From positions 928,001-992,000 of the forward strand of contig OY760937.1 of the NCBI GenBank assembly GCA_963664225.1: a stretch of DNA of 64,000 nucleotides, in the 5' to 3' direction. The stretch's first letter is position 1; every line of letters starts with the position of its first letter. The notes beneath the pieces are model-generated. The model did not search any database and was not told where the DNA came from. It saw only the letters and a program-made list of their open reading frames with translations. Position numbers and translations under genes: made by a program. Positions 20,160 to 30,293 of this stretch are shown here, piece by piece. This stretch comes from Verrucomicrobiia bacterium. GTDB lineage: Bacteria; Verrucomicrobiota; Verrucomicrobiia; Limisphaerales; UBA1319.

Positions 20160-22103
20160 TTACCGGCCTCCGGCCCAATTGATCGCGTTGCGAAAGATGG
20201 TGGTGAACGACTTGTTCTCGAACAGGTCGGGGCCGTGGCCCATGAAGATATACAGGTTCCGGGCGGTCATGTGGTCATTCGTCCAGATCACCGGATGGTC
20301 CCCCATTTTGATATCGGACGATGGAGAGTACGAGGATTCGTCCACGCTGGCCAGCACGTGGACGTTCGGGCGCGGACTTTTGTCGTAGGTGTACCATTCC
20401 TCCCTGGGGATGACGAACGATTCGGGAACGTCCTTCATGCAGGGATGATTCCTGGCCTCCACGCGGACGGTCCCGGCGGCGAACTTCGGGATGTAGTTTT
20501 TGAATTTGATCCCACCCATGAAATCCGAAAACCAGGGCCACATGGGATAGCCGTCGAATTCACCCAGCAGCGTGGCGTGATGAAAGCCGATCCATCCGCC
20601 TTTGCCTTTTTCAATGTAGGACTTGAAGGCGGCCATTGCATCGGGTTTCCAGGTGTATGGAGGAAAATTGAGCTGGATGATGAGTTGGTAGTTCTCGAGC
20701 AACACCGAATTGATGGTGTCTGTGTTGGTGATGTAATCGACTTCAAATCCATCCGCCTGGCCACGTTCCTTGAGCCAGATTTTGGCGGCTTCGACGAAAG
20801 GCCCGTGCTGGCCTCCGGTTTCCGTAAGGATCAAGGCTTTGAGTTTTTGGGATCCAGCCAGGGGCTTCGAGTCAGGAGCTAACAGAGACTGAACAACGTT
20901 GGTGTTAACCCGGCAGTTCCCGGCCTTGAGATTCTCGACCAACTCGAACAATCCCTTGCTGGCAACCTCTTTCGAAGGCCGTTCGCCGGTTTTGTTCCAG
21001 AAATCGACGACTTTTTTGAAATCATCCGGTCGCGTGGCGGTCATGATACTGGTGCCCGAGCTGACTTTTTTGTAGGGCCACCAAGCCCAGCCAATGTGAT
21101 TCTTTTCAACGAGTCTGACGCACTCGCTGAACCATTGGGTGGTATTTTCACCGCTTTCCCCGAGCCAGAGGGGCATGTGGAACTTCTCGCGGAGATCGAG
21201 GAAGTGCGCGATGGCTGCCTGCGTATTCGGATTCCAGTATTTGTGGAAGCTCATCACCATGTTATCGTCCCATGGCCCGGGAAAACCGTTGTAATTATTT
21301 CCCCAGGCGTTGCCCTCAACGATGATGATGTGGTTGGTATCCACACTTCGAATGGCCTTTGTGATGGCCTGGTAGATTTCCCAAATGGGTTGGTTGGTGG
21401 CATCCTGTCTGCCGTTCTTGTCCTTGCCTTCAAAGGTCCAGTTGGGTTCGTTCAGCAAATCATAACCGCCAATCCATGGCTCGTTGGCATATCGCTCGGC
21501 CAGCTTATGCCATAGGGCAACGGTCTTCTGCTGGTTTTCGGCGCTTTCCCACAGGGAAGGTTTTGCCGGATCGTAATCAGAAATGTTGCCATCCTTGCCT
21601 TGACCCCCGGGAGAGGCATGCAGGTCCAGAATCAAATACATTTTGTTCGCCTTGCACCAGGCCAGGAGATTGTCGGTGAGAGTGAAACCATTGGTCAGCC
21701 AGGTGTTCTGTCCTTTAACCGGTTCGTTCTCCATGGGGAGGGTGAAGAGATTGTAGTGCATCGGCAGGCGGATGCTGTTGAAACCGGATTTCGCCAGAAG
21801 ATCGACATCCGGACGGGCCATGTGGTTTTGGAGCCAGAGCTGATAGAACCGGTCGCATTCCTCCCGGCCCACCAGATCGGTGATTCGTGCCTTGATGAGG
21901 TGCTGCATTCCTTCGTTTCTGATGCCGAGCATGTAGCCCTCCTGGAGCATCCAGCCGCCAAGCCCCATGCCACGCAGGATGACCTCCTTGCCCTGACCGT
22001 CCACAACTCGCGAATCTATGGCCCTGAGAAATCCGGCATCCTGGGCCTGGGACGTCGCCAGCAGGGATGCAAACAAAAAAAGCGAGACGGCGAATGAATT
22101 CAT
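20160..22103 (-). CDS. GH5 endoglucanase fused to a C-terminal ThuA domain
   Basis: LRGMGLGGWMLQEGYM, FNSIRLP, LDLHA.PGGQ, YDLLNEP, WLGESGEN; ThuA part GGWIGFHHA, EEWYTY, MGHG. Confidence 0.88.
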   Translation of the reverse strand: MNSFAVSLFLFASLLATSQAQDAGFLRAIDSRVVDGQGKEVILRGMGLGGWMLQEGYMLGIRNEGMQHLIKARITDLVGREECDRFYQLWLQNHMARPDVDLLAKSGFNSIRLPMHYNLFTLPMENEPVKGQNTWLTNGFTLTDNLLAWCKANKMYLILDLHASPGGQGKDGNISDYDPAKPSLWESAENQQKTVALWHKLAERYANEPWIGGYDLLNEPNWTFEGKDKNGRQDATNQPIWEIYQAITKAIRSVDTNHIIIVEGNAWGNNYNGFPGPWDDNMVMSFHKYWNPNTQAAIAHFLDLREKFHMPLWLGESGENTTQWFSECVRLVEKNHIGWAWWPYKKVSSGTSIMTATRPDDFKKVVDFWNKTGERPSKEVASKGLFELVENLKAGNCRVNTNVVQSLLAPDSKPLAGSQKLKALILTETGGQHGPFVEAAKIWLKERGQADGFEVDYITNTDTINSVLLENYQLIIQLNFPPYTWKPDAMAAFKSYIEKGKGGWIGFHHATLLGEFDGYPMWPWFSDFMGGIKFKNYIPKFAAGTVRVEARNHPCMKDVPESFVIPREEWYTYDKSPRPNVHVLASVDESSYSPSSDIKMGDHPVIWTNDHMTARNLYIFMGHGPDLFENKSFTTIFRNAINWAGGR

Positions 22104-22318
22104 AAAGACACGTTTACTTGATTGCGCTTCCAGCATTCAAGCTTGAAAAGTCTCGTGCTCATAGCTGGTTTCGGTCGATTCGTTGCCGCTTCGGCACTTT
22201 GTGACGTGAGATCGTTCATGCTAAATATCCTCGTCATCGAAAAACGCAGGTGTCCGAACGCCCATGAAAATGCCGATTCACATTGAGTCAAATTGGGGCG
22301 GGCTTCGCCGCTGGTTAA

Positions 22319-22482
22319 ACCCGAAATCCGAAATAGGAACGGCCCATCTGACGCAACCATTTGGCCATCCATGGTTTGAAACCGGCTGTGGATTATTGAT
22401 TTAATACACCCTCGCCGATTGCAAATCATGGCTGCCTCAAAGCATTGCATCATCTTGACCCTTCTTATTTCGGATTTCGGGT
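22319..22482. repeat. 24 bp inverted repeat whose right arm is the intron target
   Basis: ACCCGAAATCCGAAATAGGAACGG (22319-22342) versus CCCTTCTTATTTCGGATTTCGGGT (22459-22482): 22 of 24 complementary. Confidence 0.85.
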
Positions 22483-24457
22483 GTGCGCCAGTGAAATTGG
22501 TAGCCTCGTGGGTGAAAGTCCCGCCGGTCGAATTAGACGGTTCACGACCGAAATGCAGCGTCCGGGACGAGGCCGTGAGGCCGAACCACAAGCGGGACGC
22601 TGAAAGAACTGTCGGGTCGTAACGAAAGTAAACCTCATCAAATGAGCTCCGAAACCGAAATAACCGGTAAGCCGAGCCGCTACCCGAACGGCGAAGGCAG
22701 AAACGCGGCGTCATCAAATCGTCAAATGGGCGCTGTTGATTCCGGCGGAGTCAGCGAGGGCGACACGACAGGAAGGGAAACCAAGGTAAGCTGGGAGATC
22801 TCTGGAGGCGGGGCGATAAAGCCTCAACCGCCGGTGCAAGGAGGAACACCCTCCGAGGCCGCACGGGCAGCCAGAGAAGTCGGAGTCTTCCATAGTAGCG
22901 AAGAAGCTGGGGCGACCAAAACCCCGGCGGAGCCAAGGGAAGGCACTTGGATCGAAGCGAATCAAAACAGCGAGGGACAGGGAGATGGCCTTGAGGGAGT
23001 GGAAACACTTTTTCAACGGATAACAACCCCGATAAAAGTTCAAAAGCTGCAGCGAGCGCTATATTGCAAAGCCAAGGCTGAGCCGAAGTATCGGTTTTAC
23101 AGCCTCTACGGAGAACTGCTGCGGAAGGACGTGCTGGAAACGGCAATGGCCTCCGTGGCGCACAACAATGGCGCGGCTGGGATCGACGGGCAGACATGCG
23201 ACGTCTATCTTGCCAGCGACGAAGCCTGGGACCAATGGCGGAACCAACTGCTGGAGGAGTTACGCACGAAGAAGTATCGGCCAAGCCCGGTGAAGCGTGT
23301 GTATATACCAAAAGGAGACGGGAAGCTGCGACCCCTGGGCATCCCGACAGTGAAAGACCGGGTGGTGCAGACAGCGGTGGTGATTGTATTGCTGCCGATT
23401 CTGGAAGCCGATAGTCATCCGAACAGTTACGCCTATCATCCCAAACGCAATGCCCACCAAGCAATGGAGGCGATCAAGAAGGCTACGCTGACAGGACGCG
23501 TCGAAGTTATAGACGCGGACTTAAGCGGGTATTTTGACAGCATTCCCCACAGGCGTTTGTTGCGCATAGTGGCCAAGCGGGTCAGCGATGGAACAATTCT
23601 CAAGCTGATCGCAGGATGGCTGCGCGCGCCCGTGAATGAACCGCAAAGCGACACAGGGAAAGGCGGGACAAAGGGGGGGCAAGGTCAGAATCGACGGGGG
23701 ACTCCGCAAGGCGGGGTTGTATCGCCGATTTTAGCCAATGCATACCTCAACCAGTTGGATTGGGAAGTCAACGAACGCTGCGAACTCAAACCCGTGATGG
23801 TGAGATACGCGGATGATTTCGTGATACTCGGACAGCCGGGGCAGGGACGGGAACTGATGGAACGACTGGAACGATGGCTGAAGCAACGCGAGTTAGTGCT
23901 CAACGAGAAGAAGACCCGCTTGGTGGACCTCCGCCAGGATGGCATCAAATTCTTGGGATTCGCGCTAACAATGCGACAGGGGAAGGGGAAATGGAAATAT
24001 CCGCATGTGGAACCCCATCCCAAGAGCCAGAAGAAGTTTCGAGACGGGATTCGGGAGAAACTCAACCGAAGCACGCTATGGCGTGATATCGGAGAGGTGA
24101 TTCCCGAGCTCAACAAGAAACTCAAAGGTTGGAAGGGTTACTTTCACTACGGGAACAGCACCAAGGTGATGGGCCAGATGAACGAATACGTCAGCAGCAA
24201 GTTACAACGATGGTTGTGGCGCAAACACGGATGTAGTCGGGCGCAATGGTCCACATACCCCAAGGAGGATCTCTATGAGCGTTATGGTTTATACCAAATG
24301 CCGGAATATGCGGCATGGAAACGATGACGTCGAAGCGATGCAACGTATGATCCCCGGAGAGCCGGATGCGGGAAAACCGCCTGTCCGGTTCGATGAGGGG
24401 CGAAATGCGACGGTCATTGGCCACGGCCATTCAATCCGTCCATTTCGCCTACTCTAC
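22483..24457 (+). mobile_element. Full-length group II intron (AGC catalytic triad, not IIC)
   Basis: 5' GTGCG at 22483; domain V GAGCCGGATGCGGGAAAACCGCCTGTCCGGTTC (24359-24391); domain VI with bulged A24451 and AC terminus at 24457; EBS1 ACCCGAA (22682-22688) complementary to exon TTCGGGT (22476-22482). Confidence 0.93.
22999..24327 (+). CDS. ltrA: Group II intron reverse transcriptase/maturase lacking an endonuclease domain
   Basis: GAAGIDG, RVYIPK, RPLGIP..DRVVQ, DLSGYFD.IPH, GTPQGG..SP.LAN, RYADD, FLGF, X domain GWKGYF; no HNH. Start uncertain (GTG 22999 assumed; the ORF-track start 22642 lies in ribozyme domain I). Confidence 0.93.
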   Translation: METLFQRITTPIKVQKLQRALYCKAKAEPKYRFYSLYGELLRKDVLETAMASVAHNNGAAGIDGQTCDVYLASDEAWDQWRNQLLEELRTKKYRPSPVKRVYIPKGDGKLRPLGIPTVKDRVVQTAVVIVLLPILEADSHPNSYAYHPKRNAHQAMEAIKKATLTGRVEVIDADLSGYFDSIPHRRLLRIVAKRVSDGTILKLIAGWLRAPVNEPQSDTGKGGTKGGQGQNRRGTPQGGVVSPILANAYLNQLDWEVNERCELKPVMVRYADDFVILGQPGQGRELMERLERWLKQRELVLNEKKTRLVDLRQDGIKFLGFALTMRQGKGKWKYPHVEPHPKSQKKFRDGIREKLNRSTLWRDIGEVIPELNKKLKGWKGYFHYGNSTKVMGQMNEYVSSKLQRWLWRKHGCSRAQWSTYPKEDLYERYGLYQMPEYAAWKR

Positions 24458-24537
24458 TAAATTGTGCTACTTATTGGCCAGATGGTTAAGGATTCAGCGG
24501 TCGCACTCTCTTATGATCTGCGCATTCAATTCGATTT

Positions 24538-26292
24538 ATGAAAACGACCGCCAGACTGACCGTTCTTGCCGCCGCGTTTGCGACGCTTTTGGCCTACGCC
24601 GCACCGCCAGGACTTGAAACAGCGGAACCTTCGCCGCTCTCGACTTTCTTCATCAATCCGACGCGGGTCGTGTGGCAAAGCGATGCTGGCGCGAAAAACG
24701 CCGGTTCCCTGTTAAAACCGCACGCCGGTCAGGCTGTGCTCAAGGAGCCGCAGCCCCCCTGTGTATTGAACGCCAGTTCCAATTCGTCCGCCGGTGTGTT
24801 GCTGGATTTCGGCAGGGAGCTACATGGTTATGTCGAATTGATCACGCCCATGATGTCTGAACAGGGCAAGCTGCGCCACGTGCGGATTCGTTTCGGTGAA
24901 TCCGTGAGCGAGGCCATGTCGGAGATCGGTGGCAAACAGAACGCCCAGAACGACCACGCCATACGGGATCAAGTGGTAACGCTGCCCTGGTTGGGCAAAA
25001 AGATGGTCGGCCCCAGTGGATTCCGGTTTGTGCGGATTGATAATCTGGACCCGCAACTCTCCGTGGAGCTCAGCCAGGTCCGTGCCGTGCTCCAGATTCG
25101 CGACATCCCACAGGTGGGTTCTTTCAAATGCGACGACGAACGGTTGAACCACATCTGGCAGGTTGGCGCCTACACAGCCCATCTCAACATGCAGGAATAT
25201 CTCTGGGACGGCATCAAGCGCGACCGGCTGGTGTGGATTGGGGACATGTATCCCGAAGTCAACACCATCGACGCCGTATTCGGTTTCAACGAAGTGGTGC
25301 CCCGCTCGCTCGATTTGACCCGGGAAGTCACCCCGGTGACCGAATGGATGAACGGCATTTCCAGCTATTCCATGTGGTGGGTGCTCATCCATGAGGATTT
25401 GTGGATGCACAACGGCAACCGCAAATATTTGGAGGAGCAAAAACCGTATCTCACCGCATTGCTCAAACGACTTGCGGCACTGATCGGACCGGACGGGAAA
25501 GAGCACATCGACGGCATGCGCTTTCTCGACTGGCCCAGTTCGCCCAACCAACAGGGTGTGACTGCCGGTTTGCAGGGATTGCTCGTGATGACACTGGAGA
25601 GCGGCGCGCGAATGATGACCACGCTTGGCGATGCAGTGACCGCAAAAGTCTGCACCGAAGCGGCTGATCGCGGACGCAAGGTCGTTCCCGATGTGAACAA
25701 GTCCAAGTCCGGCGCTGCGTTGCTTTCACTGGCCGGAATGATGGATGCGAAGCAAACCTCCGACACCGTGCTCAAAGTGGGCGGGGCAAAGGATATTTCC
25801 ACCTTTTACGGATTCTATGTCCTTCAGGCATTGGCAAAATCCGGCGACACCGATACCGCGCTGGATTTCGTTCGCACCTATTGGGGCGCGATGATCGATT
25901 TTGGCGCCACGACCTTTTGGGAGGATTTCAACCTGGAGTGGACCAACAACGCAGGGCGCATTGACGAGTTGGTGCCTGCGGGCAAGAAGGATATTCACGG
26001 CGATTACGGAGCCTATTGTTACATCGGATTTAGACACAGCCTGTGCCACGGTTGGGCGAGTGGTCCCACCGCGTGGCTGAGCCAGACGGTGCTTGGAGTG
26101 AAGCCGCTCGAACCGGGCTGCAAACGGGTGCGCATCGCGCCGCAATTGGGCAATTTGAAATGGGTTGAGGGAACGTATCCGACACCCCTTGGTCCGATTC
26201 ACGTCCGCCATGAACGGAAATCGGACGGCACCATCGCCTCGAAAATCGAAGCCCCAGCCGGTATTCAGGTCGATTCCGCAACCAATCTATAA
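24538..26292 (+). CDS. GH78-type alpha-L-rhamnosidase
   Basis: LLDFGRELHG, GFRFVRI, WDGIKRDRLVWIGD, GATTFWEDF, SLCHGWASGP, PTPLGPI motifs; signal peptide. Confidence 0.88.
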   Translation: MKTTARLTVLAAAFATLLAYAAPPGLETAEPSPLSTFFINPTRVVWQSDAGAKNAGSLLKPHAGQAVLKEPQPPCVLNASSNSSAGVLLDFGRELHGYVELITPMMSEQGKLRHVRIRFGESVSEAMSEIGGKQNAQNDHAIRDQVVTLPWLGKKMVGPSGFRFVRIDNLDPQLSVELSQVRAVLQIRDIPQVGSFKCDDERLNHIWQVGAYTAHLNMQEYLWDGIKRDRLVWIGDMYPEVNTIDAVFGFNEVVPRSLDLTREVTPVTEWMNGISSYSMWWVLIHEDLWMHNGNRKYLEEQKPYLTALLKRLAALIGPDGKEHIDGMRFLDWPSSPNQQGVTAGLQGLLVMTLESGARMMTTLGDAVTAKVCTEAADRGRKVVPDVNKSKSGAALLSLAGMMDAKQTSDTVLKVGGAKDISTFYGFYVLQALAKSGDTDTALDFVRTYWGAMIDFGATTFWEDFNLEWTNNAGRIDELVPAGKKDIHGDYGAYCYIGFRHSLCHGWASGPTAWLSQTVLGVKPLEPGCKRVRIAPQLGNLKWVEGTYPTPLGPIHVRHERKSDGTIASKIEAPAGIQVDSATNL

Positions 26293-26308
26293 TTAGAATC
26301 ATCCAGAC

Positions 26309-29300
26309 ATGAAACGTATTCTTCTCTTCATCAGCTTTGGATTGCTTGCCTTCGCGACTTGTGCCGCCGATCCGTTGGTTGAGGGTTTCACCAACCCGCC
26401 CGCGCAGACCAAACCGTGGTGTTATTGGTATTGGATCAGCGACAATATTTCGAAGGAGGGAATCACCAGGGACCTCGAAGCGATGTCACGTTTCGGCATC
26501 GGCGAGGCGCTGGTCGGCAACATCTTCCTCGACGATGTGCCCGCCGGGAAAATCAAGGTGTTCACGCCCGAGTGGTGGGGTTTGATCGAGCACGCCATGC
26601 GGGAGGGCGGGCGCACCGGAGTCAATATCGGCCTGTTTAATTGTCCCGGATGGAGCCAGTCCGGCGGGCCCTGGATCAAGCCGGAACAAACCATGCGTTA
26701 TCTCACCTCGTCTGAAACGCGAGTCAGCGGTCCCATGAAGTTCTCGCAAAAGCTGCCTTCGCCAAACACGCAGTTCCAGGATGTGGCACTGCTCGCTTTT
26801 CCCGCGCCTCAGGGCGACACAGACACGCTCGCCGTCAAAAAACCGCGTGTGACCTGCGTGCCGTCAATCGCCGATGCGGGCAGGATCGTGGATGGCAAAG
26901 CGTCCACGTCCGTCGAGTTTCCGGATGGGGCAGGGCGGGGGAAGAATCCTTTGAGCGTCGAGTTTGAAGTGAACGACGCATTCACCGCGCGATCTGTCGA
27001 GATTATCCCCGCTGAAGAGGCCTTCAGCGCGGATTGCGAATTGCAGGCCACGGGCGCGGACGATGTTTATAAGACTATTCGCAAGTTCAAGTGCGATCGT
27101 TCGAACATGGTCACCGGCGTCGGTTTCATGCCACGCGGTCCTGTGGCGATTTCCTTTCCTGCAACCACGGCAAAAAAGTTCCGACTGGTCTTCGCAAACG
27201 TGAACGGGGCGGGCAAACCACGACTGGCGGAGATCGATCTTTCCGGCGCGTCGCGGCTGGAATTGTTTGTTGAGAAACAGCTCGGCAAGATGCACCCCAC
27301 GCCGCTGCCGATGTGGGATACCTATCTTTGGCCAACCCAGTCAGAGCCGGACGCGGCGGGGATGGTCGTGCCGCAAAAAGCGGTTCGCGACCTGACAAAG
27401 AATCTTTCATCGGATGGGATGCTGGTCTGGGACGTTCCACCAGGAGAATGGATCATCCTGCGCACCGGCATGACCCCGACAGGAATGAAGAACTCTCCCG
27501 CCTCGCCCGAGGGCCAGGGTTTCGAAGTGGACAAAATGAACCGGTCGCTCGCGAAATATCATTTTGATTCCTTCATCGGCGAGGTGCTCAAACGAGTTCC
27601 CGCTTCCGGGCGCAAATCCTTCACAAGAGTCGTTGCGGACAGCTACGAGATGGGATCGCAGAATTGGACCGACGGGTTTGACGCCCAATTTCAAAAGCGC
27701 TACGGCTATGATCCCAAACCCTGGCTGCCTGTGCTCACAGGACGTTTGGTGGGCAGCGCGGACCAGAGCGAGCGGTTCCTGTGGGACCTGCGCCGCATAG
27801 TGGCGGATCGTGTGGCCACGGACTATGTGGGTGGTTTGCGCGATGCCTCCAAATCCCACGGGCTGGGCCTGTGGCTGGAGAATTACGGTCATTGGGGTTT
27901 TCCCGGCGAATTCCTGAAATACGGTGGAGCTTCCGACCGGATCGGTGGCGAGTATTGGGTGACGGGTGATTTGGGGTCCATCGAATGCCGCGCCGCTTCG
28001 TCCTGCGCAAACACCTACGGCAAGCCATTTGTATCTGCCGAATCGTTCACTGGCGGACCTCCCTTCCAGAGTTCTCCCTCATCCCTGAAAGCGCGCGGGG
28101 ATTGGGCCTTCTGCGAGGGCATCAATCATTTCGTGCTGCATGTCTATATCGAGCAGCCGTGGGAGGACAAGGTGCCAGGAGTGAATGCCGGCTTCGGCAC
28201 GGAGTTCAACCGCCACAACACCTGGTTTGAGCAGGGCAAAACCTGGGTGGATTACCTGCGCCGTTCCTGCTGGCTCTTGCAGCAGGGCACGCGCGTGGCG
28301 GACGTCGCCTACTTTATCGGCGAGGATGCCCCAAAAATGACGGGCGTTCGCAAACCGCAACTGCCGCAGGGCCGGGACTTCGATTATATCAACAGCGAAG
28401 TGATTGAAAAGTCTCTCGCCGTGAAGAATGGGGTTCTGACTTTGCCGCATGGCACAACGTATCGCGTGCTGGTGCTGCCCGAGTTGGATACAATGCGCCC
28501 GGAAGTCCTTCTCAAGATTCGCGCACTCGTGAAAGCGGGCGCCACAATCATGGGCACGCCACCGTCCCGTTCTCCAAGCATGGAGAATTTTCCCAAGTGC
28601 GATCAGGAAGTCGTCAGGATGGCCAGGGATGTCTGGGGAACTGAAAATACGAAGCAGCCGGGCGAACGCAAATTTGGAAAAGGACGCGTTGTCTGGGGCA
28701 AGTCCCTGGAAGAGGTGCTCGCCTCGCTCAAATCGCCTGCGGATTTCGAGAGTTCCACAAAGCTGCGTTTCACCCACAGACGCACTGGAGACACCGACAT
28801 CTATTTTGTGGCGAATCCGAAGGCGGACACCCTCGTTACCACAGCGGCTTTCCGTGCGGGCGATCGTGCCCCGGAACTGTGGTCGCCGGATTCTGGAAAG
28901 ATTGAGAGTCCCGCGGTTTACGATTTGGCGGACGGGATTGTGCGCGTGCCGTTGTCGTTCGGACCCAATGGCTCGGTGTTTGTGATCTTCCGAAAGAAGG
29001 CCGCACCCGATGTGGAACGCATTGTGTCTGTCGCACGAAATGGCCAGGAGGTATTGGGCACCCGGTCGGTTCGCCCTGCATCTGTGACGGTTGGGGACAG
29101 CCCGAATAACTTTTCGTTCGCCGCGTGGATCAGGCCGGGCGATGACACGACACTGGTTACTGAGACCAACCGTGGCGTGGTTGGAATGGCTGAGAAACGA
29201 AATGACGCGCTGGCTGCCGCGCATGGAGAGGTCTTCGGCGGCGATAACCATGCGGGCTGCGGTTTGGCCGTTGGGCGAAATGGTGTTTGCGTCTTTGAAC

Positions 29301-30214
29301 ATGGAGCGAATTATTTTGCCCCGACGCTGGTTCATGCCGCATCCCTTCCCGATTGGACCCATGTGGCCGTGGTTTACAAGGATGGCCAGCCCCATTTGTA
29401 TCTGAACGGTGTTCTGGCACGAAAAGGTTTGAAGAGTGAGTACATCGTCCACAACGGGGCAGGGGCGGGCGGTCTCGCGCAGTTCCGCGGCCAACTCGGC
29501 GGTTTTGAACCATTCGCCCGCGTGTTGAGCGACACCGAGGTGGCCGGACTGGTTCGAAACATGCCGCGCCTGGCTGAGGCTGCAGGGGGAGTGCCGATTC
29601 AACTCACAAAACGCGACAACCACCTGGAAGCCCTGGCGATGATGCCAGGCGCTTATGAAGTGACGTTCGCCAATGGCAAACGCCAGTCGTTAAGCATGAG
29701 CCAGACACCAGCCACTCATGCGCTGACGGGTTCATGGGAGGTTCGTTTTACGCCGGGTTGGGGTGCGCCGGAACAAACCACTTTCGAGCAACTCATCGAT
29801 TGGACGCAGCATTCCGATGCTGGCATAAAATATTTCTCCGGCAAGGCGACCTACCGGAAAACCTTCGATGTCCCGTCCTCACAAAATACGGGTCAAGGTC
29901 CGCGGATCTTTCTAGATCTGGGCGAAGTGCGCGATCTCGCAACGGTGCGATTGAATGGCAGGGAAATCGCCACCCTCTGGCTCGCGCCATGGAGAATGGA
30001 TGTCACCAGTGCGGTGAAGCAGGGACCAAACGTGCTGGAGGTGGATGTGGTCAATGTCTGGAACAACCGGCTGGTGGGAGATATGGCCTTGCCGGTGGAG
30101 CAGCGCCGCACCTTTCTGCTATCGCCCACAGTCGGCAAGAACGCCCCGCTCATGTCCGCTGGTTTGATCGGTCCGGTTGTCTTGCAGAGGGCGGTCGAAT
30201 GCGACCTTGAATAG
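26309..30214 (+). CDS. GH106 alpha-L-rhamnosidase with internal LamG-like domain
   Basis: PWCYWYW..NIS.EGI..DLEAM, GWSQSGGPW, DSYE, AESFT, GINHFVLH; WTHVAVVY..LYLNG (LamG); C-terminal LDLG.V...NG and GLIGPV. Confidence 0.87.
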   Translation: MKRILLFISFGLLAFATCAADPLVEGFTNPPAQTKPWCYWYWISDNISKEGITRDLEAMSRFGIGEALVGNIFLDDVPAGKIKVFTPEWWGLIEHAMREGGRTGVNIGLFNCPGWSQSGGPWIKPEQTMRYLTSSETRVSGPMKFSQKLPSPNTQFQDVALLAFPAPQGDTDTLAVKKPRVTCVPSIADAGRIVDGKASTSVEFPDGAGRGKNPLSVEFEVNDAFTARSVEIIPAEEAFSADCELQATGADDVYKTIRKFKCDRSNMVTGVGFMPRGPVAISFPATTAKKFRLVFANVNGAGKPRLAEIDLSGASRLELFVEKQLGKMHPTPLPMWDTYLWPTQSEPDAAGMVVPQKAVRDLTKNLSSDGMLVWDVPPGEWIILRTGMTPTGMKNSPASPEGQGFEVDKMNRSLAKYHFDSFIGEVLKRVPASGRKSFTRVVADSYEMGSQNWTDGFDAQFQKRYGYDPKPWLPVLTGRLVGSADQSERFLWDLRRIVADRVATDYVGGLRDASKSHGLGLWLENYGHWGFPGEFLKYGGASDRIGGEYWVTGDLGSIECRAASSCANTYGKPFVSAESFTGGPPFQSSPSSLKARGDWAFCEGINHFVLHVYIEQPWEDKVPGVNAGFGTEFNRHNTWFEQGKTWVDYLRRSCWLLQQGTRVADVAYFIGEDAPKMTGVRKPQLPQGRDFDYINSEVIEKSLAVKNGVLTLPHGTTYRVLVLPELDTMRPEVLLKIRALVKAGATIMGTPPSRSPSMENFPKCDQEVVRMARDVWGTENTKQPGERKFGKGRVVWGKSLEEVLASLKSPADFESSTKLRFTHRRTGDTDIYFVANPKADTLVTTAAFRAGDRAPELWSPDSGKIESPAVYDLADGIVRVPLSFGPNGSVFVIFRKKAAPDVERIVSVARNGQEVLGTRSVRPASVTVGDSPNNFSFAAWIRPGDDTTLVTETNRGVVGMAEKRNDALAAAHGEVFGGDNHAGCGLAVGRNGVCVFEHGANYFAPTLVHAASLPDWTHVAVVYKDGQPHLYLNGVLARKGLKSEYIVHNGAGAGGLAQFRGQLGGFEPFARVLSDTEVAGLVRNMPRLAEAAGGVPIQLTKRDNHLEALAMMPGAYEVTFANGKRQSLSMSQTPATHALTGSWEVRFTPGWGAPEQTTFEQLIDWTQHSDAGIKYFSGKATYRKTFDVPSSQNTGQGPRIFLDLGEVRDLATVRLNGREIATLWLAPWRMDVTSAVKQGPNVLEVDVVNVWNNRLVGDMALPVEQRRTFLLSPTVGKNAPLMSAGLIGPVVLQRAVECDLE

Positions 30215-30293
30215 TTGTTTTGGTATTTTGGTGTGTTGATTCACGCATCCTGGAAAAGGGCATGATCAGCCATGAGCAGCATTGATTGCTGCT

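Noticed and set aside
22100..22998. ORF 22100-22717 (-) and the N-terminal extension of the RT ORF
   Set aside because: They overlap the structured 5' ribozyme domains and show no protein-like motifs.
22999..24327. Retron, DGR or defence-type RT
   Set aside because: Domains V/VI, EBS-IBS pairing and a maturase X domain identify a group II intron.
22312..24465. Integron attC site or cassette array
   Set aside because: Only one hairpin, the distal core reads GTTTAAC rather than GTTRRRY, and no integrase or cassette array is in the window.
28079..29623. 514 aa minus-strand ORF and similar long antisense ORFs
   Set aside because: Codon-bias shadows of well-supported genes on the opposite strand.
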